A model generated the notes under the pieces. It searched no databases. It was not told the origin of the DNA and saw only the letters and a program-made list of their open reading frames with translations. A stretch of DNA of 64,000 nt from a virus, in IMG/VR virus record IMGVR_UViG_3300017589_000271, positions 3,725-67,724 of that record, one strand, 5' to 3'. Made by a program: the position numbers and the translations under genes. Positions 1-8,943 of this stretch are shown here, piece after piece (the first letter of the stretch is position 1; every line of letters begins with the position of its first letter).

Positions 1-494
1 ATTAATTTCTTGACTTCTTCGCTGTTAGGCAAGTCGATTTTGTAAAGCAAGTGATAACCGTTTCCACTATCGGCTTGTATCGGCTCTGAAAAACCGTTGT
101 TTTTTAAGAATTTATAGCATTGTCTTATTCTGGCGAGTGCCACTTCCTTTTCTTCATCTGTGCTAGATGTTCCAGACAACCTAACAGGGTCAAAATCAAT
201 GAATAGCCACCGTCTACGCTCAATGTCTTTGTCAGCTGTTGTTTCTTTCGCATAATCAAGTAATATATCTTGGTTTTTGCGTAAGTAGCAAGCAGGGTTT
301 ATTTTATTTAACACAAAATAAATATTGTTTTTCGCCTTGTATTTTTCAACTTCTTTTTGTGCTTTTTCCGCTTCGTTAAAATACCCACTTGTCGTTTTTC
401 TATCCCCAATTATGCGTATTTCAATTATGTCGCCTTGCTCGTGAAACAGCCTTAAATTATCTGCTATACTTGTTGTACTTGAAATGTTTCTCAC
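1..494 (-). CDS. AEP-superfamily primase/primase-polymerase, N-terminal part (runs off window start)
   Basis: Not in the ORF track. Manual translation of the minus strand from GTG at 494 is open to position 1 and contains WLFIDFDP (DxD motif I) and DSGNGYHLLY (SGxGxH motif II). Start codon uncertain. Confidence 0.8.
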   Translation of the reverse strand, partial: MRNISSTTSIADNLRLFHEQGDIIEIRIIGDRKTTSGYFNEAEKAQKEVEKYKAKNNIYFVLNKINPACYLRKNQDILLDYAKETTADKDIERRRWLFIDFDPVRLSGTSSTDEEKEVALARIRQCYKFLKNNGFSEPIQADSGNGYHLLYKIDLPNSEEVKKL

Positions 495-504
495 CACCTT
501 GCTC

Positions 505-522
505 GTTACCTTGTAAGGTAAC
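505..522. promoter_or_regulatory. Palindromic operator GTTACCTTGTAAGGTAAC (family A) upstream of primase
   Basis: 8-bp inverted repeat around a 2-nt centre; same motif recurs at 4909, 4940, 19052, 22361, 23655, 23926, 30975. Confidence 0.75.
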
Positions 523-528
523 ATAAAA

Positions 529-1941
529 TTAAAATAATTTGATTTGTACGTCGCAATCCTGCGGAATGTCTTTTTCAATAAATAAGTTGTAATACATATA
601 ATATAGAACCTTTACTACTATGCTATTTCCTGCTTGCTTGTACATTTGCGAATCAGACATTCTTTCTATTCTTTGCTCATGTGTTAGTTGCCTTTTTCCT
701 TTGTGATTTGGATATTGTTTCAATAAATCTTCGGACACCCGTTTACTGAAATATTTTGCTCTGTAATAATCTTCATCAGTAAAGCCCATTAACCGCCAAC
801 ACTCTTTAGGTGTAAGCTTACGAATACGAAAATCAATATCAAGTAACCAGTTGTCTTTCTGAACAGAAGTTAGAGTATTGCTTGTGCCTTGCGTGTTCAG
901 TTCTAACCTTTGTTCAAGTGTTACACCAACTGTTCTGTCACTTGGATTGTCTGGGTTTCTCCCTCTGCTAGAGCATATTGTAGGGAGTTCTATTACATTT
1001 CCACAATGAGAAGTTGAAATCGTGTCTAAAAACCCATTTTCGAAATTTGCACGTTGTCCTTGAATTCCAAAATCTCCATCTGAAGTCTTTCGCCTAATTT
1101 CGATAGCATTGTCGGTAACATTCACATACTTTGTAGATGGCTCAACTGCAAAATTATTACACTCCCAACTGTTAGATGTAATTGTAGGACAATCATCAAG
1201 TAAAGCACCTTTGTTAAATCCTCTTGGTGCTTGCAAGATTTGAGGTTCTGCAATGTTAAATCTTCCGTTCTGCTCCGCCATCAAAGTTGTCATTAAACCG
1301 TCAATATCATAAACTCTAGCTTGCTGTGACGGTTGCTTGCCGTTTTCGTCTTTTGTATTCAAACACATTACTTTAGGTTCTCGGTTTCCACCGCCCATTG
1401 TGTCTAAACATTTGCTTATTCCATTAGGGTTTAAAACATAATTTATTTGCTTATAACCCTCTGATAAATAGCCAACTATATCTATTTTGCTCTCAGCTAC
1501 TTTAGTGGGGTCTTTAAAATCTCTCGATAACAACGTGGGGGAAATTCCACTGTCTTTATATATGTTATGACCGTGATGTCCGCTCTCACCCTTTAAATTC
1601 CCTAAAACTTGAAGTGTATTATCAGTAGCACTTAACGCAGCATTGGCACGCAAATAACTTGCATTACCCTCTAAATCTCTCGGTTGCCACGTAAACCCTG
1701 TTCCTTTAGCATTGTGATTTTGATTGTGTGCAATAAAGCCTTGAAGCATTGTTTCACTCAAATAATACTTTTCATCTACTGTATCTTCGAGCATATCTCT
1801 AAGCCTTAATCCGTTATCAAACTTTTGAGGAAAGTAGTAGCTTTGTTCAATGTCCTTTCGTATGCTGATAACAAAGACACGTTCCCTGTTTTGTGGAATA
1901 CCGTAATCTTTAGCATTTAATACTTGCCAATGATTTTTCCC
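529..1941 (-). CDS. C5 cytosine DNA methyltransferase, C-terminal part (motif VIII, long variable/TRD region, motifs IX-X), in the -1 frame relative to the N-terminal part
   Basis: The frame of ORF 529..1794 stays open upstream as NHWQVLNAKDYGIPQNRERVFVISIR (motif VIII). It also has IRKLTPKECWRLMGF (IX) and QMYKQAGNSIVV (X). Confidence 0.9.
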   Translation of the reverse strand, partial: GKNHWQVLNAKDYGIPQNRERVFVISIRKDIEQSYYFPQKFDNGLRLRDMLEDTVDEKYYLSETMLQGFIAHNQNHNAKGTGFTWQPRDLEGNASYLRANAALSATDNTLQVLGNLKGESGHHGHNIYKDSGISPTLLSRDFKDPTKVAESKIDIVGYLSEGYKQINYVLNPNGISKCLDTMGGGNREPKVMCLNTKDENGKQPSQQARVYDIDGLMTTLMAEQNGRFNIAEPQILQAPRGFNKGALLDDCPTITSNSWECNNFAVEPSTKYVNVTDNAIEIRRKTSDGDFGIQGQRANFENGFLDTISTSHCGNVIELPTICSSRGRNPDNPSDRTVGVTLEQRLELNTQGTSNTLTSVQKDNWLLDIDFRIRKLTPKECWRLMGFTDEDYYRAKYFSKRVSEDLLKQYPNHKGKRQLTHEQRIERMSDSQMYKQAGNSIVVKVLYYMYYNLFIEKDIPQDCDVQIKLF

Positions 1942-3590
1942 AACTGTTCAAGGAATAACAGCCATCTGTTAAAATCAGCTTTAAACTTCTTTCCTACAAG
2001 ATTTTTAACATTCTCTAGCATTAAGTATTTAGGTAATTCGTTATATTCTTTGGAAACATTAAGTAATCGTTCAACTTCAAACAGTAGGCCCGAACGTGTA
2101 CCTTTTTTTATACCCTCTTGGTTTCCTGCAACGGAAATATCGGTGCAATTATGTACAATGATATTTTGCACAACATAGCTGTTATCATTCTCGGTTTCAA
2201 TGTTGTAAACTAACCCACTATACCCGCATTCGGATATACTATTTATAGGGGACCATACATAACCGTCCTCATAGAAAGCTTTATCTTGAATATCGGTGTC
2301 TAGCTTGTAGGTAATAGTATAGCTATCTTTTTGGTTTACAATTCTGCCCTCGATTAGATGTGTTTTTGGTCTTTGGGTAAAGTAAACTGAAAAAGGTCTA
2401 TGATAAGCTTTTGCAACACATTGGCCTATGCCATAAATCAACTCACGGCTAACGGATGTAATTTTATAAGTGTTTTGTGTGAAACAACCGTCAGCACTCA
2501 AATATCCGTCTAAGAATGATTTCAATAAGTTGATAGGCAAATTTAATATATCAGCTGAAAGACATTTGTTTGAAGCTCCACGTCCGAACTGTTCGCAGTA
2601 TTCGCCTATTTCTTTGAATGCGATATGAATTTTAGCAACCGTTTTTTCTTGCACAACGGAATAATTAAATTCTAATTCATCTAGTATTGGAACAATTTGC
2701 CCGATTTCAGTGAAGTCACAACATATAATAATTCCACCTTGACTTCTAATCCAACCATCACCTAAATATCTTCCGATTAGCCACCAAAAGTTACTGTTTG
2801 AAAATTTTGAAACTAGAATATCTGATTTTCTGCTACTTCTCCCATCTGCCCACTCAAATGTTGAACCATTCCATTGTGGTAGTTTGCTAACTTGATTGAT
2901 TGCTGTTCCAACATAATAATCTCGGCTTAAATCTTTTGCCTTAACCCATTCAGCACTTGTGAACTTCCTATCGTAAGAGCGATTAAGGTTATTCCATTCC
3001 CTATATTTTTTTCTAACATAGAATGGGTGTTCTGCTGTTGTGTAAATTGTTTCACTACACATTGTTTTTAGCTTTATAAGGCTATCAGCCTTGTTAATCA
3101 TTGTTTTTTTTACTTTTTGATATGTATTTGTGTGAGTTAGAACTAAATCGTTTGTTGTAACTTCTTCAATCGGTTTATATCCGTCTAGCGTTAATACTAA
3201 TGTACCCTCTACAAAACAAGGAAAACTGTAAGTCCAAAAGTCGGCGTAAGGTAGTTTCTCAATCTTGCTTATATCCCCCTCATTTTTTGAAAGCTTGTAA
3301 GCTAGATAATATTGTTTTAATCTATGGCCTTTCACTCTTGCTAGGGTATGCTTGCCTGTTTTAAAATCATACCCTATGTTACGGTCCATCATTTCACGTT
3401 TCATTTCAATTTCATTAGGAAAATCGAACTTCTCAAACTCAACATCAAAATCATAGTGAATAGCTGCATAAGACAACATAGCGTCTTTGTCAATTTCAGC
3501 AGTGCATTCTACCCTATGGGGTAACTCTAAGTCGGTAAAAGCTTTCTTTTGTGAGCCTATCCCCGAAAATAATTCATTAATAGTTATCAT
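1917..3590 (-). CDS. C5 cytosine DNA methyltransferase, N-terminal part, with intein
   Basis: Motif I ELFSGIG, motif IV SFP|C split by the intein, motif VI LMLENV; ends prematurely at LGKIIGKY*. Confidence 0.92.
   Translation of the reverse strand: MITINELFSGIGSQKKAFTDLELPHRVECTAEIDKDAMLSYAAIHYDFDVEFEKFDFPNEIEMKREMMDRNIGYDFKTGKHTLARVKGHRLKQYYLAYKLSKNEGDISKIEKLPYADFWTYSFPCFVEGTLVLTLDGYKPIEEVTTNDLVLTHTNTYQKVKKTMINKADSLIKLKTMCSETIYTTAEHPFYVRKKYREWNNLNRSYDRKFTSAEWVKAKDLSRDYYVGTAINQVSKLPQWNGSTFEWADGRSSRKSDILVSKFSNSNFWWLIGRYLGDGWIRSQGGIIICCDFTEIGQIVPILDELEFNYSVVQEKTVAKIHIAFKEIGEYCEQFGRGASNKCLSADILNLPINLLKSFLDGYLSADGCFTQNTYKITSVSRELIYGIGQCVAKAYHRPFSVYFTQRPKTHLIEGRIVNQKDSYTITYKLDTDIQDKAFYEDGYVWSPINSISECGYSGLVYNIETENDNSYVVQNIIVHNCTDISVAGNQEGIKKGTRSGLLFEVERLLNVSKEYNELPKYLMLENVKNLVGKKFKADFNRWLLFLEQLGKIIGKY
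2148..3218 (-). mobile_element. Intein (357 aa) with LAGLIDADG homing endonuclease
   Basis: Starts CFVEGTLV (block A), has TTAEHPF (block B TxxH) and LAGLIDADG-like WLIGRYLGDG and FLDGYLSADG, ends IIVHN followed by extein Cys. Confidence 0.95.
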
Positions 3591-3603
3591 TTAAATACCT
3601 CAT

Positions 3604-4659
3604 TTACTTCAACCTTACAGGCAATACTAACGCTCTTTGATTATCAGCAGTTACAACGATTGGACTTATTGCGCCACCAATGTGTAATGTTATTTCTTCG
3701 CTATTAAAGGACCTTAAGCAATCTACTACATAATGTGAGTTCATACCGATTGTTATTTCCTGCGTTAAATTGCTTTCAACATTAATTGTTTCGTTGTACT
3801 CTGAATTTTGCACATTTATTTCTGCATAGATTTCATTTTCTTTAAAGGTTACTTTAGCTGGGGATGTATGTTGACCTGCTTGAAGTAAGTTAATTCTATT
3901 GAAAACCTCTAGCATAGATTGACGGTTAACCGTAATGTTTATCGAATGGTTAGGTATGGCTTGCTTGTAGTTTAGAAAATCGCCATCTAAAAGCCTTGAA
4001 ATAATGCAATACTCGTTGAGCTTGAATATAATATGTTTTGATGTTCTTGTAATAGATATCATATCTTCATCATCAATATTAAAACTTTGAATTAAAGTTA
4101 ATGTTTTTCTAGGAACAACAAATTTAAACTCATTAGCATAGTCGAAAGATGTAGTTGATAATCTGTATCCATCACAAGCTACCATATCAAGCTTTCCGTT
4201 TTCTGCATTAAACAACAACCCTGTATGAATAGGTAGTGCTTCAGAAGTAGCTATCGCATACATACATTTTTTTGTTCCCTCAACAACTGATAATGCATTT
4301 ATTTCTGTTGTGTTTCCGTCCTCTGTGTATTTGGGTAGTTCGGGATATTCGGCAACATCAACTGTTGTATATTTTGACTTTGATTTACCGAATTTAATAG
4401 TTAGAAAACTTTTGTCGTAAGCTAATTCTACCCAATCATCAGTTATACTTTGTATGATGTCAATAGCTTTTGGTGGAATGATGAAACTATCCTCTGTATT
4501 CACGTCTAGCTTAGCTGTTAAGGCTGTTTCAAGGTTGTATGCTGTTAGTGTGTTGTCTTTGAATAGCACCCCTTGCAACGCTGTTATTTGTGCTTTAGTG
4601 TCAAGTGCTGGTTTAAGAAGTTTAAGCTTTCTTTTTAGTTCAATTGTTTGTATTTTCAT
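3604..4659 (-). CDS. dnaN: DNA polymerase III beta sliding clamp (phage-encoded)
   Basis: 351 aa; VACDGYRLS, SRLLDGDFLNYKQAIP, C-terminal LVLPVR typical of DnaN. Confidence 0.92.
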   Translation of the reverse strand: MKIQTIELKRKLKLLKPALDTKAQITALQGVLFKDNTLTAYNLETALTAKLDVNTEDSFIIPPKAIDIIQSITDDWVELAYDKSFLTIKFGKSKSKYTTVDVAEYPELPKYTEDGNTTEINALSVVEGTKKCMYAIATSEALPIHTGLLFNAENGKLDMVACDGYRLSTTSFDYANEFKFVVPRKTLTLIQSFNIDDEDMISITRTSKHIIFKLNEYCIISRLLDGDFLNYKQAIPNHSINITVNRQSMLEVFNRINLLQAGQHTSPAKVTFKENEIYAEINVQNSEYNETINVESNLTQEITIGMNSHYVVDCLRSFNSEEITLHIGGAISPIVVTADNQRALVLPVRLK

Positions 4660-4665
4660 TTTGTA

Positions 4666-4881
4666 TTACTCTCCCTTTGCTCTTATGTTTTTAATCATTG
4701 CGACAGCTGTATCAAACAGCTCATCTGCTTTTTTTGTATCAACTATTTGACATCCGCCTACAATAGTGTTTCTTACATAATCTAAAAATAGGGTTATTAT
4801 TTCTTCTGGACTACAAATAAGGGTTTGTGAAATATCTTTGGCTATCTCAATTTTGCTTTTCAGAAAATCTATGTATTCCAT
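4666..4881 (-). CDS. Hypothetical protein
   Basis: 71-aa ORF with strong AAAGGAGA RBS. Confidence 0.6.
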   Translation of the reverse strand: MEYIDFLKSKIEIAKDISQTLICSPEEIITLFLDYVRNTIVGGCQIVDTKKADELFDTAVAMIKNIRAKGE

Positions 4882-4908
4882 TTTTATCTCCTTTACTTCG
4901 TTACTTAA

Positions 4909-4955
4909 TTACCTTACGGGGTAGTAAATCAATATAACATTACCCTATAAGGTAG
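4909..4955. promoter_or_regulatory. Tandem family-A operators TTACCTTACGGGGTAG (4909-4924) and TTACCCTATAAGGTAG (4940-4955)
   Basis: Two copies of the palindrome in the SSB-to-clamp intergenic gap. Confidence 0.7.
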
Positions 4956-4965
4956 TATATGCACA

Positions 4966-5400
4966 TTAAAACGGTAAATCGCTCTCGTTAGTGTCTATTT
5001 CCTCAAATTCTCCTATTGAAAAATTTTCTTTTTGTGCTTCTTGCGTTGGTAAAGGTTGTGTTTGTACTGTGCCTTGTGCTATTTTAGCAATGTTAAGCCA
5101 ATCAGCTGTTAAAGTTGTATAAGTGTTCCCATTGTACTCTCTTGTTTTTATTATACCTATTGCAAATACAGTATCACCCTTTTTTATGTTCTCTGCGTAT
5201 TCAGCAAGCTCTCTCCAACACTCACAATTAGCGAACGTACTTTGTTTACCTTGCTCTTTTGTATCGTCTTTACCGATTACAAGGCTAAATTTACACACCT
5301 TTGCTCCGTTCGGTGTAGTTGAAAAATCAGCGTCTTTTGAAGCATAACCGATAACCCCTATAAGATTACCTATTTTAAATTGTTTTGGTTGATATGTCAT
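4966..5400 (-). CDS. ssb: Single-stranded DNA-binding protein
   Basis: OB-fold SSB pattern (FANCECWRELAE..IKKGD..G.IKTREY) and acidic tail ending DLPF. Confidence 0.9.
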   Translation of the reverse strand: MTYQPKQFKIGNLIGVIGYASKDADFSTTPNGAKVCKFSLVIGKDDTKEQGKQSTFANCECWRELAEYAENIKKGDTVFAIGIIKTREYNGNTYTTLTADWLNIAKIAQGTVQTQPLPTQEAQKENFSIGEFEEIDTNESDLPF

Positions 5401-5402
5401 TG

Positions 5403-5810
5403 TTACTTACCTCCGTTTATTTTCTTTAAATATCTCTTTAAAGTTGCCCTCACACCATCTTCTGTGTTTCCTCCGCCCATTTTAATGGATACTTGAACCC
5501 AAGATAAATCTTGTATAAATCTAAAAATCATAATTTGGCGCACATAGCTATCTTCGCAACTATAAATGAAATCGTTTAACCTTTTATATTCTTCTAGACA
5601 CTTTTCATAATGCTGTTGAATGTCGTCCTCTAATACAATAACCTTGTCCATAATTGATGGTTTATTGCTATATGATGAAGTGAATTTTGGCATCCCAGTA
5701 ATTCTAGTTGATGTTCTAGTAGAAACTGATTTTAGCTCTTCCACTCTTTCTTCCTCTGTTTTTATCTCACTCTTTAGATACTTAAGCTGGTTTAAATCTT
5801 TAGCTGTCAT
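5403..5810 (-). CDS. ArpU/RinA/DUF1492-like transcriptional regulator
   Basis: N-terminal coiled coil plus C-terminal RQIMIFRFIQDLSWVQVSIKMG sigma-r4-like HTH. Confidence 0.7.
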   Translation of the reverse strand: MTAKDLNQLKYLKSEIKTEEERVEELKSVSTRTSTRITGMPKFTSSYSNKPSIMDKVIVLEDDIQQHYEKCLEEYKRLNDFIYSCEDSYVRQIMIFRFIQDLSWVQVSIKMGGGNTEDGVRATLKRYLKKINGGK

Positions 5811-6033
5811 AAACGCTCTCCCTCTTTAGTTTTGTTTTATCTGTTCTGCGTTTCCATCTAGCCGATAAACGCTTAACTTGTTTGATGTTTTCAGCACTTG
5901 TGAAAACTATATTTTTGTGACTAATTGTTTCGTGAAAGTATGAGTTTTTACCTGTGTATTTCACCGTTTACCTCTCTTTCAATACGTTCAAGCTGTCTGT
6001 AATGGTCTGCTATTTTATGTATATCTTTCATTC

Positions 6034-6570
6034 TTACACCTCTGCATAGTCTGCATAGTCTTTGTATTCGGTGTAATACCACGTCAATTCAGCTTTGTAT
6101 GTTTCAATTGCTTTTTCTGCGATTTCAAGCGTTGCGAAATATGGCGTGTTGTAAGAACGACTATGATTATAGACATTAACAACAATAGAGTTTGCTTTAT
6201 AATCATAATAAAAATCGTATTTTTGTTGTTTAAAATCTTTCCAATCCAGCACGACACCAGCCTTTGCGTTTTCCTCTACTGCAAATCTGCGTAACTGTCG
6301 CATTAGCTTATCTGCTCTTGCTATGTTTACAGCTAGTTTTTCATCTGAATAATAGTTAGCGTTTTCGTAACACATTGTGTCCATTGCATCTCTTTTATCA
6401 TCATAATCTAGCACTTCCTCGCCGGTCCTGTCAATCGTGTGATATTCTTCGCCCTCTTGCACCCTCTCATACCCAGTTTTGACCTCTTTATTTTCAATAA
6501 TTTTTACTTGTTCTTCGCTCATTTCTGCTTGATATGTTTTGCCATCAATAATTACTTCGATTTTTTTCAT
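6034..6570 (-). CDS. Hypothetical phage protein
   Basis: 178-aa ORF with RBS; C-terminal YFATLEIAEKAIE pattern common in Firmicute phage early genes. Confidence 0.7.
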   Translation of the reverse strand: MKKIEVIIDGKTYQAEMSEEQVKIIENKEVKTGYERVQEGEEYHTIDRTGEEVLDYDDKRDAMDTMCYENANYYSDEKLAVNIARADKLMRQLRRFAVEENAKAGVVLDWKDFKQQKYDFYYDYKANSIVVNVYNHSRSYNTPYFATLEIAEKAIETYKAELTWYYTEYKDYADYAEV

Positions 6571-6571
6571 A

Positions 6572-6835
6572 TTAATTCTCCTTTTTTATTTCAAATTTTT
6601 CTTTATCAAAATAGGGAACACCCAACTCTTTCAAGCGTTCATCAACGTATAGCATACTATCCTTTTCTTTGTTGCACTCCTCGACCACCTCACACCAAGT
6701 AGCAAGAACACGCTCTAGCCTTGACTTACCAAATCTCTCCGATAGTGCTAACGCCAATAGAAACTGCTTTACTGTTGTTCTTATAAGGCACTGATTTTCT
6801 TCTATTTTTTGATGTCTTTTTATATTAACTTTCAT
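6572..6835 (-). CDS. Hypothetical protein
   Basis: Tightly packed in leftward operon. Confidence 0.6.
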   Translation of the reverse strand: MKVNIKRHQKIEENQCLIRTTVKQFLLALALSERFGKSRLERVLATWCEVVEECNKEKDSMLYVDERLKELGVPYFDKEKFEIKKEN

Positions 6836-6982
6836 TTTGTTTCAGCCTTTCTTTCCTCTCGCTTTTTCAACCTGTATTTTCTTTTTTTCAGCTTTTTACC
6901 GAGCCTATGATTGAGTTTTGCAAGTTTGTAAAGTTCTTTTTCTGTCAAAAAAAGTTGGAATAACTCTTTTATGTTGGGCAAT

Positions 6983-7303
6983 TTATCTGTTTTCATTACT
7001 TACCACCTTTCTTATGGCATAACTGCAATAGTGATTTTCTTCAACAACAGGGTTTGATAGTTCTGATTGTTCGCATATATAAACGTTTTCACAAATAAAT
7101 TTGCGATAGATACACTCGCAACACTTAGCAGGCTGATTTGCTTTTAGTTCTTCGATACACCTCAACAAAGCGTGCAATAACTTTGCTTTATTTTCGTAAA
7201 CAGTTCTTAAGCCTGTTTTGCACACTCTGTCGCAATACTCTGTTAAATAGTCTGATTGTGATATTTGTGCCTTAGCCTCTTTCATAGCTTCATCAATTGT
7301 CAT
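6983..7303 (-). CDS. Hypothetical Cys-rich protein
   Basis: C-terminal CCEC..C..YCS cluster; start overlaps the stop of the preceding gene. Confidence 0.6.
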   Translation of the reverse strand: MTIDEAMKEAKAQISQSDYLTEYCDRVCKTGLRTVYENKAKLLHALLRCIEELKANQPAKCCECIYRKFICENVYICEQSELSNPVVEENHYCSYAIRKVVSNENR

Positions 7304-7491
7304 TTTGTTTCACGCTCCTTATATTTGTCTTGTATCTCTTTAGCTTCTCTCAAACAGACTTTTCCAAATTTTCTTAGTTTGAGTAATTCTTTATCCGAAA
7401 GTTTTTGTAGTTCATCAACCGTTTTTATTCCGTTCAACCAAAGACTATTCAATAATCGTACTGATATATCAATATCGTTTAGTAATGTCAT
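7300..7491 (-). CDS. Stand-alone RNA polymerase alpha-CTD-like protein
   Basis: DIDISVRLLNSLWLNGIKTVDEL..SDKELLKLRKFGKVCLRE matches the alpha-CTD pattern LSVRxxNcLkxxgIxtxxdLxxxsexeLlkxxnxGkKsxxE. Confidence 0.85.
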   Translation of the reverse strand: MTLLNDIDISVRLLNSLWLNGIKTVDELQKLSDKELLKLRKFGKVCLREAKEIQDKYKERETK

Positions 7492-7727
7492 AGTGTCATT
7501 CTCCTTTTTATAGCTTTTTGTATATCTTGTTCGTTATTGTGTGCAGGGCATACATCTGTATCAAACGCAACGCTGTGGCTATGTTCGTTACACATTGGAA
7601 TATCACACACATCACAATATTTAGTCATAGATTTGCTACATACACTACACTTTTTGGGTGGCTCACCTATTCGACTACAAGATATGCTTACAATACCGTT
7701 TGAATAGCGCGTTAATTTACAAGGCAT
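7488..7727 (-). CDS. Small Cys/His zinc-binding (B-box-like) protein
   Basis: CSVC..YCDVCDIPMCNEH..DVCPAH; probable start MPCK at 7727, inside track ORF 7488..7835. Confidence 0.6.
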   Translation of the reverse strand: MPCKLTRYSNGIVSISCSRIGEPPKKCSVCSKSMTKYCDVCDIPMCNEHSHSVAFDTDVCPAHNNEQDIQKAIKRRMTL

Positions 7728-8079
7728 TATTTTCACCTCTACAATCAGCCCCACAATTAGGACAGTAATTAGATTTATGCCACCACGACACTGGGTATTT
7801 GCACTGATTACATATCGCCAATATTTCTCCAACATCTTTTTTTAGCCACTCACCACGCACCTTTTGTGGCTCTGCTGTTGGTTGGCTACAAGTTTTAAGT
7901 TGATAAAATTGTAAAGCATCACTAATACATTTTAAATCTCCATAGTTAACATCCTCAATGTCCGTTTCACTTAGTTGTCGCTGTTCATAATCAGAAATAA
8001 TATTTTCTATTTGTTCTACAAGGCATTTCCTTGTTAGTTCTTGCTTGTTATCAGCATCAATCAATCTAGCCATTGTCAT
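7717..8079 (-). CDS. Hypothetical protein with C-terminal zinc ribbon
   Basis: MARLIDAD start and GEW..CNQC..NYCPNCGA, a common clostridial phage family. Confidence 0.7.
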   Translation of the reverse strand: MTMARLIDADNKQELTRKCLVEQIENIISDYEQRQLSETDIEDVNYGDLKCISDALQFYQLKTCSQPTAEPQKVRGEWLKKDVGEILAICNQCKYPVSWWHKSNYCPNCGADCRGENNAL

Positions 8080-8486
8080 TCTCCTTTCGGCTCGTGGTCG
8101 TAAAAATCTTCATCAGATGAATTAACAAAAAAATCGAAATCTTCTCCATCAGTCATTGTTATCTTTACAAAAGAGCCGCTTTCTTGTTCTCCAATATTTT
8201 CGTCAGAACAATCTTCTGTGTTGAAAATTATGTACCATTGCTTTGTATGATACCCATAGACAGGCTTACCAACACGCTGTTTAAGTTGTTCCAAGGTTAG
8301 TGGAGGGTTTAGTGGTATTGCTTTATAGCCATTGTCATCGTAGCCTAAACCCCTGTTAATAAAGTCGTACCAATCGCCTGTGGTTAAATCCCAACTTTCT
8401 AACAATTCTACTAAGGAGTTGCGTTGGCACTCTTTTTCAATCATTCTGCTTACATTTTGCATAGTTTCATTACTCATTATCTTCAC
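8076..8486 (-). CDS. Hypothetical protein
   Basis: Contains PLTLEQLKQRVGKPVY motif; overlapping start/stop. Confidence 0.65.
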   Translation of the reverse strand: MKIMSNETMQNVSRMIEKECQRNSLVELLESWDLTTGDWYDFINRGLGYDDNGYKAIPLNPPLTLEQLKQRVGKPVYGYHTKQWYIIFNTEDCSDENIGEQESGSFVKITMTDGEDFDFFVNSSDEDFYDHEPKGE

Positions 8487-8943
8487 CTAACTTTCTTCCA
8501 CACTTTGGACACGCAATCCATTCTAAATCCCTTGTACCGCCCCAATTTGCATAGAAAAATGTATCGCCAGACATACCGACCGTTGCTTCATCATCATCAA
8601 TTAAATCGGTTTCACCATTGCAAAATTCACAACCTTTTTCACGCTCTTTTATCTGCTCAATTTCCTTGACATACTCCAATACCTCCGTAAAAGTAATACC
8701 TTTACTCGCAAGTTCATCTTCAAAGGTCTTGTAGTTTTGTATTACCTCTTTTGTGAAGCCAACCTCTGCTAGTTCTTTGGCTTGTTGGAGTGCTTGAATT
8801 ACTGTATAATCGAGTATATTTATATCGTTTGGCTTGTTTTTCAAGCGATATTCCAATTTCATTTTTTCGCTTCGCAACGCTTGTTCAACTTTTAACACTT
8901 CTAGTGGGTTGGATATATTATCATTGCATTTATCCATCAACAT
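8470..8943 (-). CDS. Hypothetical protein with C-terminal zinc ribbon
   Basis: GCEFC...ACPKCGRKL. Confidence 0.65.
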   Translation of the reverse strand: MLMDKCNDNISNPLEVLKVEQALRSEKMKLEYRLKNKPNDINILDYTVIQALQQAKELAEVGFTKEVIQNYKTFEDELASKGITFTEVLEYVKEIEQIKEREKGCEFCNGETDLIDDDEATVGMSGDTFFYANWGGTRDLEWIACPKCGRKLGEDNE

